From contig NC_007181.1 of assembly GCF_000012285.1 (NCBI RefSeq), positions 1,560,001 through 1,592,000 on the forward strand: DNA of 32,000 nucleotides. Reading direction: 5' to 3'. A program made the position numbers and the translations under genes. Below, piece after piece: positions 25,617 to 32,000 of the stretch. Numbering within the stretch: the first letter of the stretch is position 1; each line of letters opens with the position of its first letter. Below the pieces are notes generated by a model. That model worked only from the letters and a program-made list of their open reading frames with translations. It had not been told where the DNA came from and did no database searches. This DNA comes from Sulfolobus acidocaldarius DSM 639. Its GTDB lineage: Archaea; Thermoproteota; Thermoprotei_A; Sulfolobales; Sulfolobaceae.

Positions 25617-26756
25617 CTACTTCCTTGTGACAACCAATATTATTAGAAATGCTATGAGAGACGTGAAAAAGGCGAACACATACGCATAGCTATAACTAAG
25701 TTGATAAAGAAATCCCATTATTGTATTGCCCAAGAATATTCCTACACTCCTTCCTGCAGACAAATACCCCATAGCTGAACCATAAGCCTGCTCGTTTGTC
25801 AACTTCGATATTACTGTGGGTTCAAAGGTCTCTGCAGAGGCTACAGCTATCCCCATGAGAAATGACAGTGTGTAAAGCGAGGTTATACCATAACCTGAGA
25901 TAAATGCAAAACCCAATGAGACAAAAGCTGAAAGCAGATATCCAAGAAAGGCTAGGGCTCTGAGTTCCCTGAATTTCGATATACCAAACAAGTATCCGAA
26001 CAATGACGAACCTGCCAGAAATATACCGTAAGAGATTATTCCCAAATACTCCTTCCCTGTGATCTCAGTAGTTGTCAGTATAGGGAAACCAAAACTGTAT
26101 TGGCTATACCCAAAGAAGAAAGTGGAAATGATAATGCCCCAAAAGACCCTCTTGTTTGTCACTGTGACCTTGGCTTTACTGGAACCATTATTTTGAAGAT
26201 GACCAGCTTTCACGATAGATACTAATATTGTAGATATTACTAGGGGAAGAGCAGTAAAGGGAAGATATGATAGTAAGGATAAGCGGAAATATAGCACAAG
26301 TGTAAGTATGGTAATCGACAGTAATGCTCCAGCTATGTCTATTGAGTGAAGAATTCCAAAAGCCTCTGCCCGCTCATCAGGACTTGTTACCTCAGCCATC
26401 ATAGCCCTTCTTGGAGGAGACCTGAAATTTCTAAACCACCATCCTAACATGAAAAACAGCAGAGCTTGGATGTAATCCCTTGCGAAACCCATGAGGGAGA
26501 CTAAGATGATAAGGGAATTACCCAGAATTACAATCCTCTTCCTTCCGTACTTATCTCCAGCTATTCCCCCAATGTATGACATTAACGTTCCCAGACCGTA
26601 GTTTAGTGCCTCAGCTATACCGTACATATAAAAGGGGGCTCCAAATATGAGAACAAAGACTATTGGGAAAGACGCTACGGCTGATTGATATCCTAGGTCA
26701 GCAAAGAAGGCTGAAAAAGCTATTTTGAATACCTCAGACCTATTTTTGATTGTCAT
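25617..26756 (-). CDS. MFS transporter
   Basis: 379 aa with about 12 TM helices. MFS loop motif GIAGDKYGRKRIVILG. Confidence 0.8.
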   Translation of the reverse strand: MTIKNRSEVFKIAFSAFFADLGYQSAVASFPIVFVLIFGAPFYMYGIAEALNYGLGTLMSYIGGIAGDKYGRKRIVILGNSLIILVSLMGFARDYIQALLFFMLGWWFRNFRSPPRRAMMAEVTSPDERAEAFGILHSIDIAGALLSITILTLVLYFRLSLLSYLPFTALPLVISTILVSIVKAGHLQNNGSSKAKVTVTNKRVFWGIIISTFFFGYSQYSFGFPILTTTEITGKEYLGIISYGIFLAGSSLFGYLFGISKFRELRALAFLGYLLSAFVSLGFAFISGYGITSLYTLSFLMGIAVASAETFEPTVISKLTNEQAYGSAMGYLSAGRSVGIFLGNTIMGFLYQLSYSYAYVFAFFTSLIAFLIILVVTRK

Positions 26757-26798
26757 AATAAGAATTAAAACTGGAAATGTATAAAACTGTTAGATATG
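26754..26798. promoter_or_regulatory. 39-bp divergent intergenic region holding two crossed TATA-like boxes
   Basis: aattaaaa (26764-26771) lies about 29 nt upstream of ATG 26796 (+). gtataaaa (26779-26786, which is TTTTATAC on the minus strand) lies about 26 nt upstream of ATG 26756 (-). Confidence 0.4.
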
Positions 26799-27611
26799 AG
26801 GGAGAGAGCACTTCTGTTTTTTGGTGGGGTTGCCTTTGGGACAGCGGCGATCTTTGTGAAGTTTTGCAGTATAACTCCACCGTACATTACATTATTTAGA
26901 TTTCTATTTGCAGGATTAGTATTACTACTAATAGGTAGGGCTATCAGAAAGCAGGGGAACAACAAAAATAGTCATAACAACCCAATCAGCCTGAGAAAAC
27001 TTGTCTTACCATCACTATTCCTATCCCTTCATATGGTACTCTTTGTCTTCAGTGTTTTCTTAACTACAATAGCAGCCTCAACTATTCTCGTCTCCACCAG
27101 TCCCATATTCGCTATGATCTTTAAGAGGAGAGTGGATTTGTTTGTGATACTAGCTATCCTGGGCATAGTAATTATGAACCTGAATTCCCCTTTCGGCAGT
27201 ATCGTAGGGAATCTCATGGCGGTTATTTCAGCTCTATCATTTGCCCTATATACCTACTTCCTGTCAAAGATCCAGTACGACTTCTTCACAGTGACCCCAA
27301 GAATCTATATTATCTCATCAGCGTTTATGGTGCCTGTCTTACCGTTTTTCTCGATGGGAAATTTTAACCTTGAAACCCTCATGGCTATTCTGGGACTCGT
27401 ATTTATACCCACTATCATAGGTCATGGATCAGTAATTTACTCCGCGAATAAGGTTCCAATAAGCTTAGTAACGTCGGCAGAACTGATTGAGCCTGTTGTG
27501 GCAACACTGTTAGCCTTCATATTATTTTCCCAAGTACCTAGCCTAGAGGAAATCGTTGGAGGGGTATTAACTTTGATTTCCCTGTTCTTCGCGTTCAGAA
27601 GGAGAGATTAA
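26796..27611 (+). CDS. EamA/DMT-family transporter
   Basis: 271 aa with about 10 TM helices in two similar halves. Small-residue-rich helices are typical of drug/metabolite transporters (GGVAFGTAAIFVKF, GNLMAVISALSFALY). Confidence 0.7.
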   Translation: MRERALLFFGGVAFGTAAIFVKFCSITPPYITLFRFLFAGLVLLLIGRAIRKQGNNKNSHNNPISLRKLVLPSLFLSLHMVLFVFSVFLTTIAASTILVSTSPIFAMIFKRRVDLFVILAILGIVIMNLNSPFGSIVGNLMAVISALSFALYTYFLSKIQYDFFTVTPRIYIISSAFMVPVLPFFSMGNFNLETLMAILGLVFIPTIIGHGSVIYSANKVPISLVTSAELIEPVVATLLAFILFSQVPSLEEIVGGVLTLISLFFAFRRRD

Positions 27612-27617
27612 TTCCTC

Positions 27618-28829
27618 TCAGTGTCCAACCATGCTCAGGACTCCAATGACCCCTCCTATGAATATCAATGATACAGTGAGGAAGTATATAAATACCCTGA
27701 ACTTTGAGTATGCATAGTTACCCATGATTCTTCTGCTAGAAATTATCATCCCTAGGAGAGATGCGGTAAAGGTGAACACAATAGGGGCTAAGGCTAAGAG
27801 TGTGGTGGCAAACTGTAGTATTTCTGCATAATTTTGGCTTGATAGGTAAACAATAAGTAAAGCCGGTAAGGACTCTAATCCGTAAATCGTTAACACGTCT
27901 CTCATGTTATACTTGTTGTCTTTACTGCTACCCCTACCTAAGGCTTCAAGGACACCCCAGGCACTACTTAATGACACAACGACAAGTGCTAAAAAGCCTG
28001 CACTCATGATCAGAACTCCAAACACAAATGGCAAGATGCTCGAGAACGAGCTCAAGACTGAGGAAAGTTGAATTGTATTTGTTGGGTCCACTTTACCCAG
28101 ACCTGTCCCTACAACCTCTGCGAAAACTATTATTAGTTCCGTAGTCAGTGCACCCAGTATTGTCTCTTTAGTGACCCAGGATAGCTTGTCTTTAGTCGAA
28201 ATATCTAGTTTATTGTACTTAACAGAGGTTGCAGAGGCTTGGTAGATTAGCATGCATGGAGGTGTGACAACTGCACCTATATTTATTGCAAGATAGGTAA
28301 GGAAGTCATTTGAGGTGGAAAAGTAGGGTGATAGATCTAAATTAGAAGCTTTAGGTATGGTCACGATAATAGAGGACAGGACTAAGATGAATGAGACTAT
28401 GATTAATGCCCTCTCTGTCTTCTCATATTTTCTTGTTAATATCACCAAGAGGTGAAATAAGAAGAATGATAAGAGACCAAGTGTAGGGGGTATACCGATT
28501 AAGTAGCTACCTATTGCTATTCCAACGTATTCGCTTATATAAGTGAAGACATCAATGGAAAATATGGGAAGGGTTGCGACTATTGCAAGTTTTCTTGAGT
28601 AATAAGTCCTGATTATCTCTCCTAGACCTTTTCCAGTAACTGCAGATATCCTTCCCGCAGTCTCCTGAACAACGAATAGGGGTAGTGCTAACAATAATAC
28701 GAACCATGTGAGCCCTAGACCATATTGTTGACCAGTTATAAACCCCCCTATAATACTGGCTGCGTCAGCATCAGCTAAGAGTGCTATCCATGCTGGTCCG
28801 AATAGTTGCATCATTTCTCTCCTGCTCAT
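27618..28829 (-). CDS. NRAMP-family transporter homologue with a non-canonical metal-binding site
   Basis: 403 aa. The N-terminus GPAWIALLADADAASIIGGFITGQQYGLGLTW aligns without gaps to E. coli MntH [32 protein letters not shown] (recalled from memory). The TM6-equivalent GAVVTPPCMLIYQAS corresponds to GATIMPHVIYLHS. Confidence 0.7.
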   Translation of the reverse strand: MSRREMMQLFGPAWIALLADADAASIIGGFITGQQYGLGLTWFVLLLALPLFVVQETAGRISAVTGKGLGEIIRTYYSRKLAIVATLPIFSIDVFTYISEYVGIAIGSYLIGIPPTLGLLSFFLFHLLVILTRKYEKTERALIIVSFILVLSSIIVTIPKASNLDLSPYFSTSNDFLTYLAINIGAVVTPPCMLIYQASATSVKYNKLDISTKDKLSWVTKETILGALTTELIIVFAEVVGTGLGKVDPTNTIQLSSVLSSFSSILPFVFGVLIMSAGFLALVVVSLSSAWGVLEALGRGSSKDNKYNMRDVLTIYGLESLPALLIVYLSSQNYAEILQFATTLLALAPIVFTFTASLLGMIISSRRIMGNYAYSKFRVFIYFLTVSLIFIGGVIGVLSMVGH

Positions 28830-28922
28830 CAGTTAACCCCTTTCCAATATTTGTAATTATAAAAAATGATAAAAGATATATCTAATTATAAGAGTGAAAA
28901 GAAGTAAAAATACTTTTCTTTT

Positions 28923-29513
28923 TTACTCTATGGACTTCTTAGATAGTGGACCTTCGCCTGGGAAGGATCTCCTGAAGTGACCTGATGGTCTGGCGTACAG
29001 TAGCTCTATGAACCAGGCTTCGTGCTCAATCTCTTCCTGTAGGATCCTCTGTGCTAAGTCATAAGTCCTTGGATCTTTGCCGTATGTTAAATCACACACT
29101 TCTTTCCATGTCCTAATTGCACACTGCTCAGCTTCAAGTAAAACTTTCAATATCTCCTTGGGGTCTTTCCAGTTCTGTGGCAAGTATGCATCTGCACAAG
29201 CAGATATATCAGCAACTTCTCTAATATCTCTAGGCAGTGAACCTCCTAGTTCATATATCCTCTGTGTCATCAACTCAAAGTGTAACCTATCCTCAAGTCT
29301 GGCATCCTCTGCAATTTCCTTTAGTCCCTCTCCATCTAAACCGGTCAAGTGCATCCTAAGTATTGTATAGTAGTAATAAGTGGTGAACTCAGCCGCTGTT
29401 GCCTTTACTAGTTTGTCTATCAGTTTTTTGACGTCTAAACCAGATTTTTCCAATATTTCCACTCCAACAGGTTTAATTTCATTTTGGCTTGGATTGTTTT
29501 TGTTTTGACTCAT
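28923..29513 (-). CDS. dps: Dps-like ferritin-superfamily antioxidant protein (DPSL)
   Basis: 196 aa. Near-identical long blocks to my memory of the Sulfolobus solfataricus DPSL sequence: [107 protein letters not shown]. Confidence 0.9.
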   Translation of the reverse strand: MSQNKNNPSQNEIKPVGVEILEKSGLDVKKLIDKLVKATAAEFTTYYYYTILRMHLTGLDGEGLKEIAEDARLEDRLHFELMTQRIYELGGSLPRDIREVADISACADAYLPQNWKDPKEILKVLLEAEQCAIRTWKEVCDLTYGKDPRTYDLAQRILQEEIEHEAWFIELLYARPSGHFRRSFPGEGPLSKKSIE

Positions 29514-29559
29514 CTTTTTTCTCTCCCAATATCATACTAGACTAGTAGTTTAAAAAACT

Positions 29560-29588
29560 TTCTAATTAAGAGTTATTCTTAATTAGAA
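29560..29588. promoter_or_regulatory. Perfect 12-5-12 inverted repeat (ttctaattaaga-gttat-tcttaattagaa) in the dpsl/rieske divergent control region
   Basis: Read directly from the sequence. It abuts the upstream side of the TATA-like tttaaaaaa (29549-29557) that is oriented toward dpsl. Confidence 0.5.
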
Positions 29589-29696
29589 GTGTCATCTCAA
29601 ACATAGTCGGAAATAACTATTGAAGAGGCGTCTCATCACCGTGATACTAAATAGAAATATATTTTAGTTAAGATTAACTCTAAATTACTGAAGAAT

Positions 29697-30029
29697 ATGA
29701 TAAGGTGTACTGGGTTAAATAACGTGAAAGAAGGGGAAACTAAGAAAATAGAAATAGACGGAAAGGATTTACTTATTGTTAACATTAGAGGTGAGCTCAA
29801 GTGTTTTTCTAGGTGGTGTCCTCACAAGGGAGGAGATCTGGCTTATGGAGACTTCATTGGTGGGAACCAAATAAAGTGTCACTTACACGGTTACATATAC
29901 AACTTAGATACCGGTAATGCTGTATACATACCTTATAGGGACGGTTACGGAAAATGGAAGGACACATTAAACTTGGAAGTTTACAGGGTGGTAAATAAAG
30001 ACGGTGAGATTTGCATAGAAATGAAATGA
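29697..30029 (+). CDS. Small Rieske [2Fe-2S] domain protein
   Basis: 110 aa. The C-x-H ... C-x-x-H motif is WCPHKGGDL...(17 aa)...KCHLHGY. The gene is divergent from dpsl. Confidence 0.85.
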   Translation: MIRCTGLNNVKEGETKKIEIDGKDLLIVNIRGELKCFSRWCPHKGGDLAYGDFIGGNQIKCHLHGYIYNLDTGNAVYIPYRDGYGKWKDTLNLEVYRVVNKDGEICIEMK

Positions 30030-30067
30030 GTGAAGTCAAATACGGTAGAATTCATTTAATTATCTCA

Positions 30068-30493
30068 TCAAGTCCCAATAAATTTCCTTAACTTATGCTC
30101 AATGACTTCCCTAGGTACTGCACCAAGTACATAATCCACAGGTTTACCTTCATGAAATAACAATACTGTGGGTAAACTTATTACACCGTAACTAGTTGCT
30201 ATCTCAGGGTATTGGTCAACATTTAATTTACCAAAGCCAACTCCTTTGTAATCCTTAGACAGTTCCTCAATTATTGGCGATAGTAAGTGACAGGGAGGAC
30301 ACCATTCAGCCCAAAAATCCACTACTGAAACCTTGAAGCTACTGAGAAATTCGTTAAAGTTTTTGTCCGTTAAGTGGTGAATTTTACCTCCTGGAAATTT
30401 GGTTATATTCTTCTCCGTGTTAGATCTTAAAACGTTTACTAACTTTCGATTCAATAGCATTTCTAACTCAGTGTCTTCATCAGACCAACTCAT
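30068..30493 (-). CDS. trxA: Thioredoxin (CPPC active site) with an N-terminal extension of about 35 aa
   Basis: Thioredoxin fold signature VVDFWAEWCPPCHLLSPIIEEL ... ISLPTVLLF. The ORF track extends to a TTG at 30568. ATG 30493 (MSWSDED...) has tttttaac about 26 nt upstream and is the more likely start. Confidence 0.85.
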   Translation of the reverse strand: MSWSDEDTELEMLLNRKLVNVLRSNTEKNITKFPGGKIHHLTDKNFNEFLSSFKVSVVDFWAEWCPPCHLLSPIIEELSKDYKGVGFGKLNVDQYPEIATSYGVISLPTVLLFHEGKPVDYVLGAVPREVIEHKLRKFIGT

Positions 30494-30620
30494 AATTTCA
30501 TTTTTACTATATTTAGTTAAAAAGATTTTTGTTGAGTTTTCCCGTGTAATCTGTTTATGGAGGAACAATTTATTGACTCTGATAGATATGATTATAAATG
30601 TCTAGTCAGCTATAACATAT

Positions 30621-31208
30621 ATGGGAATTGGTCTAATACTCTCAATATTTCTCATGATAATAATTGTCCTCATTATAATATCCTACTCAAGGAGAATAAA
30701 TAAAATTCAGGAGGAGTCCAAGAGACAGGCTCAAGAGATGTTCTCTCAATGGACTCAACAACATTCCAATGAGTTAAGAACTCAAATTGAACAGTCAGTA
30801 GAGATGAAATATAAGGCAATGTTGGAGCAGTGGACTATCCAAAAAGAGAGCGAAATACGAAAGGATGCTGTAACAAAATCAATAAACACTTTATTGGGAA
30901 AGATAAGTGAAGAGTTTGCTCCAATCTTTATAGCTCAGAAATACAGCATCAGTCCGAAAGATTTTCGACATTTAGGTTCTCCTGTAGATTTCGTAGCATT
31001 TAAGGGTCTTTCTGATGAATCGGAACCCGAGATAATATTCTTTGAAATTAAGACTGGAAAAAGTTCAGCACTAACCGAAAGAGAAAGGAAAATTAGAGAC
31101 GCAATAGTCGCAAAGAGAGTTAAGTATGAGGTTATCAATCTCAATAGCCTTGTTGAAGACGCTAAGAGAAAAATAAGTGAAGAAATCGATAAAGTAACAA
31201 AGGAGTGA
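30621..31208 (+). CDS. Membrane-tethered endonuclease related to archaeal Holliday junction resolvase (COG4741/PF10107-like, PD-(D/E)xK)
   Basis: 195 aa. N-terminal TM helix (GIGLILSIFLMIIIVLIIISY), then a coiled coil. The C-terminal module GSPVDFVAFKG...EIIFFEIKTGKSSALTERERKIRDAI carries a D...E-x-K nuclease motif. Confidence 0.65.
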   Translation: MGIGLILSIFLMIIIVLIIISYSRRINKIQEESKRQAQEMFSQWTQQHSNELRTQIEQSVEMKYKAMLEQWTIQKESEIRKDAVTKSINTLLGKISEEFAPIFIAQKYSISPKDFRHLGSPVDFVAFKGLSDESEPEIIFFEIKTGKSSALTERERKIRDAIVAKRVKYEVINLNSLVEDAKRKISEEIDKVTKE

Positions 31209-31472
31209 CGTAAATCCACTGCTAATAGTCAGTAGAGATCTAAATTACATTTGAAATTCTCTCCTCTACTAGAGTTTAGATATAAATACGAGTCGTCAAA
31301 ATGACATAGATGATTTTTCAGGATCGTTTATAAACTTTGTTAAATAAACCTCGAATCGAGCCTATACTAGACTATAGGCAGTTAGAACTCAGGATTTCTC
31401 TCATTTCTTGTCTAGTCTTATTTAAATAAAAAGAGTAAGTTTTTTAAAAATGAAATATAAATTGTAGTAGAG

Positions 31473-31985
31473 ATGAATAGGCTGGTATTGCTAGGCATAG
31501 TTTTAGCAGTTATAATCATAGTTGCAGCTGTAGCTTATTATGTTTATAACTACTACACTTCGGGTAATCTAAATATTTACGTACAAGACCCTCCGGTGAC
31601 CTCTACATTGAAAATATACCTTACAATCTCATCCATTATGATCCATAAAGCAAATTCGACTTCTAATAGTACTGCATGGATAACTATTTCCAATAGGACT
31701 ATGACAGTTTTGCTCACTTACAACATGACATTCTTAGCCTCAGCTAAATTACCTCCAGGTGAGTATAACGAGATATTCATCCAGGTCTCGTCTGTAGAGG
31801 CGAGTATAGGGACTGTAAATGTTTCAGTTATATTACCTAGTTCGGTATTCAAGATCCATATTGTTGGTGGTGTATTCTTGAGCGGAGGCTCCTCAGAGTC
31901 CCTATTGATAACTATACCTCATACCATAAGTGCTAATGGAACTATTATGATCAGTCCATCTGTAACAGCGAAAGTTATTACGTGA
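31473..31985 (+). CDS. Signal-anchored extracellular protein, DUF4382-like
   Basis: 170 aa. N-terminal TM helix. The pattern IYVQDPP...LKIYLTISSIMIHK...WITIS...LPPGEYNEIFIQVSSVEA...VILPSSVFKI matches my memory of the DUF4382 signature. Several sequons. Confidence 0.55.
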   Translation: MNRLVLLGIVLAVIIIVAAVAYYVYNYYTSGNLNIYVQDPPVTSTLKIYLTISSIMIHKANSTSNSTAWITISNRTMTVLLTYNMTFLASAKLPPGEYNEIFIQVSSVEASIGTVNVSVILPSSVFKIHIVGGVFLSGGSSESLLITIPHTISANGTIMISPSVTAKVIT

Positions 31986-32000
31986 CCTTTCAATTTTTAG

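Noticed and set aside
31225-31275. Complementary blocks agtagag/ctctact and atctaaa/tttagat, plus the hairpin gcctata-ctagac-tataggc (31360-31379), downstream of the nuclease gene
   Set aside because: The block order is A-B...A'-B', which is not compatible with a hairpin. The stems are only 7 bp in AT-rich DNA, and no T-run or promoter context gives them meaning.
1-32000. Search for tRNA, rRNA, CRISPR repeats, cas genes, transposases, integrases and long terminal inverted repeats
   Set aside because: I saw no GC-rich cloverleaf-sized islands, no regularly spaced 24-37-bp repeats, and no ORF with DDE, tyrosine-recombinase or Cas signatures. This was checked by eye only, so short or degenerate elements could be missed.

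Overview
AT-rich archaeal chromosomal segment, most consistent with a Sulfolobales thermoacidophile. Supporting signs are a DPSL-type Dps-like ferritin, many apparently leaderless genes with TATA-like boxes about 26 bp upstream of the ATG, and secreted proteins rich in N-x-S/T sequons. I can support about 35 protein genes. I found no rRNA, tRNA, CRISPR array, cas gene, transposase or integrase. Contents in order: (1) 498-3679, a 4-gene cluster of secreted beta-rich proteins with its own Sec11/SipW-type signal peptidase, looking like a TasA/thread-type filament locus, followed by a wHTH regulator and a coiled-coil membrane protein. (2) Transporters and membrane proteins: an ABC-2 pair, a 641-aa membrane polyferredoxin fusion, MscS, two MFS, EamA, and a ykoEDC-like ECF transporter. 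(3) At the window centre (15279-16562), an orphan 427-aa protein that reads as a Csa3-like CARF sensor fused to a PIN nuclease, next to an MBL-fold hydrolase. This is my best candidate for an undescribed signalling or defence module. (4) A vapBC pair, a CMD/AhpD-like protein and a GH15 glycosidase. (5) A redox/metal island at 27618-30568: an NRAMP-family protein with a non-canonical metal site, DPSL, a Rieske protein and a thioredoxin. The dpsl-rieske intergenic region carries a perfect 12-5-12 inverted repeat. All functional calls rest on motifs and remembered family signatures. No database search or structure prediction was run.
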